A stretch of DNA of 64,000 nt, taken from positions 15,686,001-15,750,000 of the forward strand of contig OZ024748.1 in assembly GCA_964016885.1 (NCBI GenBank). Direction: 5' to 3'. Source of the DNA: Eledone cirrhosa (lineage: Eukaryota). This document shows, in pieces, positions 37,989 through 50,589 of this stretch (the first letter of the stretch is position 1; each line of letters opens with the position of its first letter). The notes below the pieces were generated by a model. That model saw only the letters and a program-made list of their open reading frames with translations, had not been told where the DNA came from and did no database searches. Both the position numbers and the translations under genes were made by a program.

Positions 37989-38232
37989 GTCACGACAAAA
38001 AAACACACAGTCCACGCTGTAATGTGGCCGTGTAGGCAACACGGTAAAAACCTCCCAGCCCCACACTGTAAACGTGGTTGGTGTTAGGAAGGGCATCCAG
38101 CTGTAGAAAACCCGCCAGACAGTCCTATGCGAACAAGACAATCACTCTTGCCTCAAGTGGGAAAACCCCCGTCCAAACCCATGCAAGCGTGGAACACGGA
38201 CGTTAAACGTTGATGATGATGATGATGATGAT
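37985..38232 (+). mobile_element. SINE type C inserted in (TA)n
   Basis: ggttggtgttaggaagggcatccagctgtagaaa...cccatgcaagcgtggaacacggacgttaaac(gat)n. Confidence 0.85.
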
Positions 38233-38257
38233 ATATATATATGTATGTATGCAAAAG

Positions 38258-38632
38258 GTTCAGTAAGTCCGAAGAAAACTGTTCAGTAAGTCTGGAGAAA
38301 ACTGGTCAGTAAGTCTGGAGAAAACTGGTCAGTAAGTCTGGAGAAAACTGGTCAGTAAGTCTGGAGTAAACTGGTCAGTAAGTCTGGAGAAAACTGGTCA
38401 GTAAGTCTGGAGAAAACTGGTCAGTAAGTCTGGAGAAAACTGGTCAGTAAGTCTGGAGAAAACTGGTCAGTAAGTCTGGAGAAAACTGGTCAGTAAGTCT
38501 GGAGAAAACTGGTCAGTAAGTCTGGAGAAAACTGGTCAGTAAGTCTGGAGAAAACGGGTCAGTAAGTCTGGAGAAAACTGGTCAGTAAGTCTGGAGAAAA
38601 CTGGTCAGTAAGTCTGGAGTAAACTGGTCAGA
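38258..38632. repeat. 23-bp minisatellite, about 16 near-perfect copies
   Basis: ggtcagtaagtctggagaaaact. Confidence 0.97.
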
Positions 38633-39324
38633 GTACCAATGTACCAATGTACTCAATGCAGAGTAGAGTGTGTTGCATATGAGATTTATTGCTTAACTCA
38701 GTTACAAATGTTTCCCAGGTAGATGGGTTGTGATCTGGGGTCATCATCTCCGACCAGACTCCAAGTCTGCCTGATCCTCAGACCAGTGTCAACACAGCAA
38801 AAATCACATGAAATCTGAAGATGAACCGGCCAGACACAAACAAGCCTATATCATGATTAATCATGCGCCTAAATAAGTTGGTGTAATGTAACATCCTACA
38901 CAGGTAAGTGTTGTCCTCAGAAGAAGATGCACAGGTAGACCTCTCCATGGTACTCAGCTGTCAGTGCTCTACCCAAGGGGGAACAATATACATGCAAAAG
39001 GTTTAGTGAATCCGGAGAAAACTGGTGAGATTACCAATGTCAGCACTCGATGCAGAGCAGAGTGTATAGTGCTTATATTGTTATATACATCTCTCTCACT
39101 CACTCACTCTTTCTCTCTCTATATATATATACACACACAATAAATGTGGTTGGTGTTTAGAAGGGAATCCAGCTGTAAAAACCCCAGCCAAATTTACAGT
39201 CTCATCAGAAGTAAGGTACAGCATGGTCAATTTTGGCCAGACTTGTTTCTCGACGTTGGACAACCCATCTAACCCACGCAAGTATGGAAAATGGACATGA
39301 AACAATGATGATGATATATATATA

Positions 39325-39663
39325 TATATCATCATTTCATTTTATGTCCGCTTTTCCCTGCTTGCAGGGGTAGGACGGGAACTGATTCTGGCTTGATTTC
39401 TACAGCTGGATGCCCTTCCTAACACCAACCTCATTTACAATGAGTGCTGGGTGCTTTTTTGCCGTGGCACCTCCACGACCACTTTGCAGTGGAATGATAT
39501 GGACCCCAGTCGCTATCATCTCATTTCTACAGCAGAGTAAACTGGAGCAATGTGAAATAAAGTGTCTTGCTCAAGGAAACAACACATCACCCGGCCTGAG
39601 AATCGAACTCACAACCTTTCGATTGCAAGGCCAATGCTCTAACCACTAAGCCATGTGCCTCCA
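39325..39663 (-). mobile_element. Full-length SINE type B
   Basis: Near-identical reverse complement of 44366-44707; followed by (GA)n at 39668-39800. Confidence 0.9.
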
Positions 39664-39730
39664 TGTATAGAGAGAGAGAGAGAGAGAGAAAGAAAGAGAA
39701 AAGAGAGAGTGAGATAAGAGAGAGAGAGAA

Positions 39731-39803
<73 letters not shown>

Positions 39804-40344
39804 TACTTGCGTATAGCCTGTATTAGAAATATTTAACTCATTCATAAATGACCTATTTATCTAGTTTACAGCCACTCTTATGAAATAATCATTCAGTTGG
39901 TGGCAAAGATGGTGTTTCTGTAGAATCAGGCAAAAAATACTGTTCATAACAAATGATTTGGTTAAAAAATAAGATAAAAAAAAAAAAAAAAAATAAGATA
40001 AAATAAAACAAAAAAAAAACCCCTCCCACAAGAAATTGAAAGATGAAACAGATGTATTTGTAATGCTGCTCACTTATTATGAAGCAATTAATTTCATTTC
40101 CATATGCTGTCTGTCATGTGAGAGATTCACATTATTCAGTGCCCACCCAAAGGGAGATAAGAAATGCAACTGCTATGTTCATTCTATTACTGCTGCTATT
40201 CTTGTTGTTGTTCTTGTTGTTGTTCTTGTTACTACTGTTGCTACCATCTCTATGAAACCTCATGAGAAATATATGGCATGATAGCATGATGGAAAAAAAG
40301 TTTTATTGCAAATGTATATAGGCTAAACTAATCCAAAACAAAAA

Positions 40345-40885
40345 ATATATATATATATATATGTGTATATATGTGTGTGTATGTATATATATATATATGT
40401 GTGTGTGTATGTATATAAATATATATATATAAATATATATATGTATATAAATATATATGTGTATATATATATATATGTATATAAATATATATATATGTAT
40501 ATAAATATATATATATATGTATATAAATATATATATATATGTATGTAAATATATATATATATGTATATAAATATATATATATATATATGTATATAAATAT
40601 ATATATATATGTATATAAATATATATATATATGTATATAAATATATATATATATGTATATAAATATATATATATATGTATGTATATAAATATATATATAT
40701 GTATATAAATATATATATATATAAATATATATATATATATGTATATAAATATATATATATATATATATATGTATATAAATATATATATATATATTTATAT
40801 AAATATATATGTATATAATATATATATGTATATAAATATGTATATAAATATATATATATATATGTATATAAATATATATATATAA

Positions 40886-40916
<31 letters not shown>

Positions 40917-40943
40917 TATATGTATATAAATATATATATATAA

Positions 40944-40982
<39 letters not shown>

Positions 40983-40997
40983 AATATATATATATAA

Positions 40998-41028
<31 letters not shown>

Positions 41029-41056
41029 TGTATAAAAATATATATATATATATAAG

Positions 41057-41100
<44 letters not shown>

Positions 41101-41230
41101 TATAAATATATATATAAATATATATATATAAATATATAAATATATATATATAAATATAAATATATAAATATATATATATATATATATAAATATATAAATA
41201 TATATATATATAAATATATAAATATATATA
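40345..41230. repeat. About 0.9 kb (TA)n array with periodic gtatataaat interruptions
   Basis: Directly visible. Confidence 0.97.
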
Positions 41231-42164
41231 GAATAGAACAGAAGAGATGAGCAATCAAAATAAGTTATATGTTTTTAAGATATTGTAATATATCAACAAA
41301 AATATGCAACAGAAGTACAGATTCACTTTAATCTATTAGTAATACATCATAAAACATAAGATGTTTGTTACAGCTCCTGTAATATATAATATGTTATAAA
41401 TATTGTATTGTATAATCGAGTAGACCACACACTGCACACAATAACATCATGGCTGCATTAGATGTAATATGTTATAAATACATATTTAATGCCATTTCTA
41501 AATATTGTATTGTATAATCTTGCACACTGCACACTACCTGGCACACAGTGCACATAGCATCAGGACAGCATTTGACAAATGCTGTATAAATGATTTGTTT
41601 ATGTAATACCTCAAAAATATTCATTGAAATTTTTATGCTGAATATTATTATCATTATATGCTGCATGTAATTTGTGCTGTCATCACATGGCCTGTTTTTA
41701 TTGCATAAATCAAAATATATAGATTTATATCCAAATACATGTTGTTATGAGAAAGACAAGATGGAGTAAAATGATTTAACCAAAAAGAAGAGAAGACACG
41801 GAGAAGGACAACAAATGTCATTGAGGAGGTCATAGAATGTTTGACGAAAAAGGTTTTACAAACTAACTAATAATTAGTAATAAAGCTGAAGGGAAAATCG
41901 AATAGTGCGTGTACCATCCCCAAATATAACAAATATTGCTGACTATTAAGAGAATTACATAAAGAGAGGAAATCATATATTTAATTCATGAATTTCACTG
42001 CAGGAAGGGTTACACCGAAATACTACTCTGAAGGGCTGCTCTAAAGGCCTACTCTGGAAGGGCTGCTCGTGAATGACTACTCTGAATCATCATCACTATT
42101 TAACGTCCATTTTTCCAAGCTAGCATGGGTGGCTACACCAAAGCATGACTCTAAACTGCCACTC

Positions 42165-43395
42165 TAAAGGGCCACACAAAAGGACCACACTAAAGGACCA
42201 CACTAAAGGACTACACTAAAGGACCACACAAAAGGACCACACAAAAGGACCACACTAAAGGACCACACTAAAGGACCACACTAAAGGACCACACTAAAGG
42301 ACCACTCTAAAGGACCACACTAAAGGACCACACTAAAGGACCACACTAAAGGACCACACTAAAGGACCACACTAAAGGACCACACAAAAGGACCACACAA
42401 AAGGACCACTCTAAAGGACCACACTAAAGGACCACACTAAAGGGCCACACAAAAGGATCACACTAAAGGACCACTCTAAAGGACCACACTAAAGGACCAT
42501 ACTAAAGGACTACACTAAAGGACCACACAAAAGGACCACACAAAAGGACCACAATAAAGGACCACACTAAAGGACCACACTAAAGGACCACACTAAAAGA
42601 CCACTCTAAAGGACCACACTAAAGGACCACACTAAAGGACTACACAAAAGGACCACTCTAAAGGACCACACAAAAGGACCACACTAAAGGACCACACTAA
42701 AGGACCACACTAAAGGACCACACTAAAGGACCGCACTAAAGGACCACACTAAAGGACCACTCTAAAGGACCACTCTAAAGGACCACACTAAAGGACCATA
42801 CTAAAGGACCACACTAAAGGACCACACTAAAGGACCACACTAAAGGACCACACTAAAGGACCACTCTAAAGGACCACACTAAAGGACCACACTAAAGGAC
42901 CACACTAAAGGATCACACTAAAGGACCACACAAAAGGACCACACAAAAGGACCACACAAAAGGACCACTCTAAAGGACCACTCTAAAGGACCACACTAAA
43001 GGACCACACAAAAGGTCCACACTAAAGGACTACACTAAAGGACTACACTAAAGGACCACACAAAAGGACCACTCTAAAGGACCACACTAAAGGACCACAC
43101 TAAAGGACCACACTAAAGGATCACACTAAAGGACCACACAAAAGGACCACACAAAAGGACCACACAAAAGGACCACTCTAAAGGACCACTCTAAAGGACC
43201 ACACTAAAGGACCACACAAAAGGTCCACACTAAAGGACTACACTAAAGGACTACACTAAAGGACCACACAAAAGGTCCACACTAAAGGACTACACTAAAG
43301 GACTACACTAAAGGACCACACAAAAGGTCCACACTAAAGGACTACACTAAAGGACTACACTAAAGGACCACACAAAAGGACCACTCTAAAGGACA
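42165..43395. repeat. 13-bp minisatellite (ggaccacactaaa), about 94 copies, with higher-order structure
   Basis: Directly visible; variants ggaccacacaaaa, ggaccactctaaa, ggactacactaaa, ggtccacactaaa, ggatcacactaaa. Confidence 0.97.
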
Positions 43396-43449
43396 AAGTA
43401 TTGAAGTGTGACAATGAACCCAATCACTGTCAACCTGAAAGGTAGACAT

Positions 43450-44300
43450 AAAATGATGATGGGGACGATGATGATGATGATGGGGAGGTTGATGGGGACT
43501 GTGATGATGATGACATTGATGATGCTGACGACAATGTTGACAATGATGATGAAGACAACAATGACGATAACAACAATGACGATGACAACAACAATGACGA
43601 TGACAACAACAATGACGATGACAACAACAATGACGATGACAACAACAATGATGATGACAACAACAATGATGATGACAACAACAATGACGATGACAACAAC
43701 AATGACGATGACAACAACAATGATGATGACAACAACAATGACGATGACAACAACAATGACGATGACAACAACAATGACGATGACAACAACAATGATGATG
43801 ACAACAACAATGATGATGACAACAACAATGACGATGACAACAACAATGACGATGACAACAACAATGATGATGACAACAACAATGACGATGACAACAACAA
43901 TGACGATGACAACAACAATGACGATGACAACAACAATGACGATGACAACAACAATGACGATAATGAAGATGACAATGAGAATGATGACAATACGGAAGAC
44001 GATGATGTCAATGACAATGAAGACAATAAGGAAGACGATAGTGATGACAATGATGATGACAATGATGATGATGATAATGACGATAATGATAATGATGATG
44101 GTGATGATGATGGTCATGGTGATGATGGTGACGGTGACGATGATGATGATGGTGATGACAATGATGATAAAATGGTGATGACGACAATGATGATAATGAT
44201 GACGGCGATGACGATGATGATGACGATGAAGACAATAAGGAAGACGATGATGATGACTGACAATGCTGCTGACGATGATGACAACGACAACAATGATGAC
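43450..44300. repeat. Trinucleotide-derived array with an 18-bp core unit gatgacaacaacaatga(c/t)
   Basis: Directly visible; homogeneous core at about 43570-43960. Confidence 0.93.
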
Positions 44301-44365
44301 AGTGTTACAGCTGATCATCAACTTTGAATATCATGTTCACTCTGTCTTGACAGGTTTTAATATAT

Positions 44366-44707
44366 GGAGGCACATGGCTTAGTGGTTAGAGCATTGGCCT
44401 TGCAATCGAAAGGTTGTGAGTTCAATTCTCAGACCAGGTGATGTGTTGTTTCCTTGAGCAAGACACTTTATTTCACATTGCTCCAGTTCACTCAGCTGTA
44501 GAAATGAGATGATAGGGACTGATGCCCCTATCATTCCACTGCAAAGTGGTCGTGGAGGTGCCACGGCAAAAAAGCACCCAGCACTCACTGTAAATGAGGT
44601 TGGTGTTAGGAAGGGCATCCAGCTGTAGAAATCAAGCCAGAATCAGTTCCCGTCCCACCCTTGCAAGCAGGGAAAAGCGGACGTAAAATGATGATGATGA
44701 TGATGAT
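44366..44707 (+). mobile_element. Full-length SINE type B: tRNA head, CORE-like block, internal hairpin, RTE-like tail
   Basis: A box tggcttagtgg, B box gagttcaattc, tccttgagcaagacacttt, hairpin atgataggg/ccctatcat, (TGA)n tail. Confidence 0.92.
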
Positions 44708-44789
44708 ATCATTACAGTTTTCTGATTTTTCGACTTTCTAACAGGATAATCACAGTTGAAATTTAAAAATAATAATAATCATAATAATA

Positions 44790-44835
<46 letters not shown>

Positions 44836-45465
44836 TAATAATAATAAAGAACAACAAAGCAATCGTACAAAATATGGTTTAAGAATGTTGAAATTAGAGA
44901 AAATTTAGGACTTCAAATAATTGAATTATAAATATTTATAATAATGTTAGATTACGTTAATAATCCAATATGAAATATTTATAATATAAATTATCTATAC
45001 AATCCGTAACTGGTTCTGATGCCGAAATATGTAATTATATATATCATATATATATGTGTGTGTGTGTGTATGCATATAGATATATATATCTTTATGTATG
45101 TATGTATGTGTGTTTGTATATACATATGTATGTGTATATATATATATATATATGTGTGTGTGTATGAGTGTGTGTATGCATATAAATATATATATCTATG
45201 TGTGTATGTATGTGTGTGTGTTTGTATATACATATGTATGTGTATATATATATATATGTGTGTGTGTGTATGAGTGTATGCACGTGTGTGTTTGTGTGGC
45301 ATGAAACCTCAGAACTTTTGAAGATAGCCAAAGTGATTTGTGACAAACATATCTTTTTCCAAGATATATTAAGTAAGATGTATGAAATGTAACCAAAACA
45401 AAGTTGTAGATTTAAGTTAACTAAGCAAAATCTTAGCTATCTAAATATCATCATTATTATTATTT

Positions 45466-46350
45466 GAGTTACGGCCCTTGCCATTCTGAGTTCAAATCCC
45501 GCCGAGGTTAACTTTGCCTTTCATCCTTACGGGGTCGATAAAATAAAGTACCAGTAATGCACTGGGATAATTGCTGGCCTTGTGCCAAAAGTAGAAACAA
45601 TTATTTGACGTATAGAGTTACGGCCCTTGCCATTCTGAGTTCAAATCCCGCCGAGGTCAACTTTGTTTTCATCCTTACGGGGTCGATAAAATAAAGTACC
45701 AGTAATGCACTGGGATAATTGCTGGCCTTGTGCCAAAAGTAGAAACAATTATTTGACGTATAGAGTTACGGCCCTTGCCATTCTGAGTTCAAATCCCGCC
45801 GAGGTCAACTTTGTCTTTCATCCTTACGGGGTCGATAAAATAAAGTACCAGTAATGCACTGGGATAATTGCTGGCCTTGTGCCAAAAGTAGAAACAATTA
45901 TTTGACGTATAGAGTTACGGCCCTTGCCATTCTGAGTTCAAATCCCGCCGAGGTTAACTTTGCCTTTCATCCTTACGGGGTCGATAAAATAAAGTACCAG
46001 TAATACACTGGATAATTGCTGGCCTTGTGCCAAAAGTAGAAACAATTATTTGACGTATAGAGTTACGGCCCTTGCCATTCTGAGTTCAAATCCTGCCGAG
46101 GTTAACTTTGCCTTTCATCCTTACGGGGTCGATAAAATAAAGTACCAGTAATGCACTGGGATAATTGCTGGCCTTGTGCCAAAAGAAGAAACAATTATTT
46201 GACATATAGAGTTACGGCCCTTGCCATTCTGAGTTCAAATCCCGCTGAGGTTAACTTTGCCTTTCATCCTTACGGGGTTGATAAAATAAAGTACCAGTAA
46301 TACACTGGATAATTGCTGGCCTTGTGCCAAAACTAGAAACAATTATTATT
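45466..46350 (+). repeat. Tandem array of six 148-149 bp 5'-truncated SINE type A units
   Basis: Units start gagttacggccc at 45466, 45615, 45763, 45912, 46060 and 46209. Confidence 0.95.
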
Positions 46351-46542
46351 AGGTGAATTGACAGTATCGGTAGAGAGTCGGACGCCATGCTTTCCAGCAT
46401 AGAGTTACGTCCCTTAACGGTCTGAGTTCAAATCCCGCCGAGGTTGACTTTGCCTTTCATCCTTACGGGGTCAATAAAATAAAGTACCAGTAATGCACTT
46501 GGATAATTGCTGGCCTTGTGCCAAACGTAGAAACAATTATTA
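46351..46542 (+). mobile_element. Full-length SINE type A abutting the array
   Basis: Head tgacagtatcggtagag...gagttcaaatcccgcc, then the same body. Confidence 0.88.
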
Positions 46543-46654
46543 TCACTACTAACAGATGAAGAGTTAGTCATAGCAAAGCACCAGATTAAATGTTGACAGC
46601 ATTTCATCGCATTTATTACATTTCTTTTGAATGACAAAGGCTATGATAAACAAC

Positions 46655-47170
46655 AACAGTACAATCATCACTAGCAACAACAGCAACAACAACAGCAGCA
46701 TCACAACTACCCCACCAACAACACAAGCAACAACAGCAGCATCATCATCACAACTACCGCCACCAACAACACAAGCAACAACAGCAACACAAGTAACAAC
46801 AACAACACCAGCAACAGCAACAACAATAGCACCAACAACAACAGCACCACCAACAACAACAGCACCAACAGCAACACCAACACCAACACCAATAGCACCT
46901 ACACCACCACCACCTGCAGCAATACTAACAACAGCACCCCCAGCAACACTAAGAACAACAATGAGAACAAAAATGACAACAACGACAACACAAGTAGCCC
47001 CACAGCAACAATAACACCACCATCACCAACAAGAGCAAGCTCCTCACAACAACTACACTAACAACAACAATAACAACAACACCAACACAAGTAGCACCTC
47101 AACAACAACAGCAGCACCATCACCAACAAGAACAACCTCCTTACAAAAACAACAGCAGTACTCCCAACAA
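46655..47170. repeat. (AAC/CAC/AGC)n low-complexity tract
   Basis: Directly visible. Confidence 0.9.
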
Positions 47171-47769
47171 AATCATTTCTAAATACTGACACAGGCTGGA
47201 CATGTTTTGAAGAATGTGTTCCTCAATTGGATATTTTCCACTTCATTCATATTCTGTATTCTGCTTCTAAATTGGTTCTCATGAAGTAGGAACAATAGTT
47301 ATTAGTGTAAATATATGTATATTACATTCCTTTAAGATGTATTTATATTGCAGGACATTTAGATAGGAAAACATGGTTTCCTTTTAATTTTAATTTTTTG
47401 GCAAGAGATCATAGTTGATCTGTATCCACAGCCAAGATAAATTTATAGCTATTGAGCAATTTATCATAAAAGAATACAGGACATAACAATTAGTGATGAT
47501 ACAGGCATTGATATTCTTGTCATTCAGAGCGTATGAAAGAGTGGACTGCATGGGGCATCCTTCAGATCTTAGGAAAAAAACAATGTTTGCATAGAATGAA
47601 CACTAGCATTTTGAATGCATATTTTTGGACAAGTGAGAAAAATGAGTTTTTAGAATCAGAGACATTTAGTCTCCTAGGCTAGCTCTGCAATTTGTGCCTC
47701 CCCCCTTCTAGTTATGTGCCCAAATAAATAATTTTAACTTACAGTTTGGAAAGCTTACAAATCAAATTT

Positions 47770-48472
47770 AGTGTACTGGGTACAATTTATTGTGACACAA
47801 GCACTATCACTTTACAGAGTGTATAAGGTGCAATTTATTGTTGAACAGGTATTACCACTTTACAGAGTCTACTGGGTGTAATTTATTATGGCACAGGTAC
47901 TACCAGTGTACTGAGTGTAATTTGTGGCATAGGTACTAACACTTTACAGAGTAACAAAAAAGCCAAACATAAAACACACTTTAATCCTAAAAAGTCAAAT
48001 TTACAAATTTGCACAAAAATGATTTATTGGTCTTTTTTTCAATAAATTTAAACCACTAACTATAATATGTGTGTAATTTATAAAATCAATCCTACCAATT
48101 TACGAAGTGTACAGGGTGCATTTTTATTGTGGCACCAGCACTACCACTTACCAAGTGCACTAGGTGCAATTTATCATAGCACCAGTGCCACCACTTTACT
48201 GACTGGATTGAGTTAATTTAATTGTGGCATAAGCAGTACGCACCACTCACAAAATGCATGGGATGCAATTTATCAGAACCAGCATTAATGCTTACAGAAT
48301 GGATTGGGTGCATTTTATTATGACACTAGCACTATAACTTAGAGTGCACTGGGTGCATTTTATCATGGTGCTAGCATTACCAGTTACAGAGTGCACTAAG
48401 TGAATATTTAGCACAAGCACTACTAATTTAAAGAATGTAGTGGGTGCATTTTATTGTGGCATCAGCACTACC
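47770..48472. repeat. Degenerate minisatellite of about 47 bp derived from a SINE module
   Basis: gtgtactgggtgca.tttattgtggcac.agcactaccactttacaga; opposite-orientation array at 63395-63720. Confidence 0.75.
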
Positions 48473-49789
48473 AAATATTATATTCAAATAGCTACAACAA
48501 CAATAATAAAATGATTGAAATTTCCTGTGATGTATAAAAAACAAAAAGGACAAAAAAAAATGAAAAAAGAAAAAAGAAAAAAGAAAATAGAAAAAAAAAA
48601 GAACATTATTCTTACTGAAGTTTCTTCCCTCCTTTTGTCAAAAATTTCAGTCTATAGTTCTTAATTCATTTTGAAATTAATTATCAAATGCAAATCTTTG
48701 AGTTATATGTAAGTGTAATTACAAATTTAAAGTGATATATTTTACAGAAACATTACACGACTACAGAACATTTTTCTATAACACACAAAAATGTATTTCC
48801 TATAGTTATATAAAAAAAACAACACAAAAGAAAAGAACAAAAAATAATAAAATAATAAATAACCCTATTTCCATAACGAGTAGTGAAATTTGCAATGACA
48901 ATTTCAATAGTCTTTCATTTCGGTAATTATTAAATAGAAAGAATTTTATTATTATTATTTCTATGCACATGCAAAATGATCACATGCCAATAAATTTTAA
49001 GTATTCATTTACATTCTTTGCTACTAATGGAAAATAAGCATAATTTTATTTCCTCTTTCTGCATTAAATATCTAAGACTGCTGTCATATTTCTTCAATTT
49101 CAGTGTTATTATACTGTCAGTTTAAAAAAAAAAAACTATTATTAATATCATTTATAAAAGAAAAGATTGGGAATATGAAGGAAATTATTTCTGTTATGTG
49201 ATGATAGGTGTAAACTTTTAATCTGTGCAGAATGGAGTTTAATTGGTCTCTGAGGACATCATTTCAAAAATTGTTTCAATTGAAAACTAAATGAAAAGAC
49301 TATATGTATTGTTTTTCAAATTTCTATCATTTGAATATTCTTAAGACATTTATATTTCTGATTTGAAGTAATCAATTTCCTATTTTAAACATGATTTTTC
49401 TTCCATAATAGACCAGATAAATGTTCAGAGAAAGATATGGTGCAACGCTGAAGAACAGGTTACATAAAACAGACATTTAATTGATCAGAAAATTAATATT
49501 GCCTTTCTTTCTTTTCAATTACTAACAGTCTATAAAGTAAAATCAAATTCAGCAAATTTGCCAGAAAATTATCCTTTTTCAGCAGACAGTTGCAAAGAAA
49601 TCAACCCCACCCTACACAAAAAACCAAGAAAAAAAACAAAGGAAATTTCAGATCTATAACTGTAATACATGTTTCTCTTTTACGCGTTTCAGCCAACAGG
49701 CTGATGCCATGCTGGAGCACTGCCATTATTGGTGAAATCTTTGATTTCAGTTAACCATTTCATGACAACATTTCTTATAAAAAACACAC

Positions 49790-50090
49790 CCTTCTCTTCT
49801 CATGTTCCTCATTATTCCTAGGAGGATTGTGTAGAGAGAGCGGCAGAAGCAGAGTCCTCAAACATGCCTTCCAGCAGATCCTATTAGAAGCAACCATCTC
49901 CAAAAATTCCAGCTGGATACCCAAGCAAGACCAGCTAAGCTCATAGATGTTATCCAACTATCTTGCTCAATAGGAGCTTACCTGTGGGTCTCTAGGTGAT
50001 TGGTTTATGCCATTAAAATCTGTCCAGTGATTATTTATTGAGACATTCTAACTACATGTCCATAGTATTGGAGCTGTGATCTCTCAATTT
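49790..50090 (-). mobile_element. RTE-A LINE 3' fragment
   Basis: LDNIYELSWSCLGIQLEFLEMVASNRICWKACLRTL. Confidence 0.8.
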
Positions 50091-50363
50091 CAACTAATTG
50101 ATGAAGAATTCTGATAGATTTACTAAGATAAGATTTTAATACTAAGATAATTATTTAACATATGATTCTTATATAAAGTTATGTTGGAAGATTTTAATTT
50201 AAACAAGAACCCTTTAAAATGGGGGTGGGGGATTTCATAAACAAGCGGCGGTATTCTGAAATATTCTAATTAATTTGAATACTGACCGTATATATGCAAA
50301 TATAAGCCGTCCGTCTCCCTATTTTGTCTGAAAAATAGGTGAAAATCCAAACCCTGTTTATAA

Positions 50364-50589
50364 ATTATCCCTCTAGCATTTACATTACTCTATATATACT
50401 ATTGTATTTTGTAGTAAAGGCTTTACCTCAAATAATTATTTCATATAATATCAAATCTACGAGATTTTGATATTTATTTTGAGAACAATACCTTAACATC
50501 AGTATGAATGGACAGTTACAGCTGGTTTGAACAGAAAGTGATGAGAGAATTCTGGCCGGATACAGCCAGTTTCAATGCTAAAGGATTAA
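50364..50589 (+). mobile_element. piggyBac-type MITE P1 nested in a pogo-like element (about 50283-51016)
   Basis: Body match; ctaaaggattaa end; host element has ccgtatatat...atatgtaagg-ta ends and matches 29070-29255. Confidence 0.7.

Noticed and set aside
40323-41258. 311-aa and 308-aa Ile/Tyr ORFs, and similar ORFs at 16.1, 31.6, 32.4, 45.0 and 55.2 kb
   Set aside because: Translations of (TA)n/(CA)n microsatellites, open in several frames on both strands
43386-44321. Long Met/Thr, Val/Ile and Ser/Leu ORFs
   Set aside because: Trinucleotide-derived repeat lacking stops by composition; no unique domain or convincing splice context
44366-44440. tRNA gene
   Set aside because: A and B boxes are present but there is no proper acceptor stem, and it continues into a repeated SINE body
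45466-46350. CRISPR-like regular array (also considered at 38258, 36915 and 5285)
   Set aside because: No unique spacers, units are contiguous, the context is eukaryotic and there are no cas genes
46631-47014. Mucin-like Thr/Pro/Ala ORF
   Set aside because: Lies within an (AAC/CAC)n tract that continues past the stop; no signal peptide or exon boundaries
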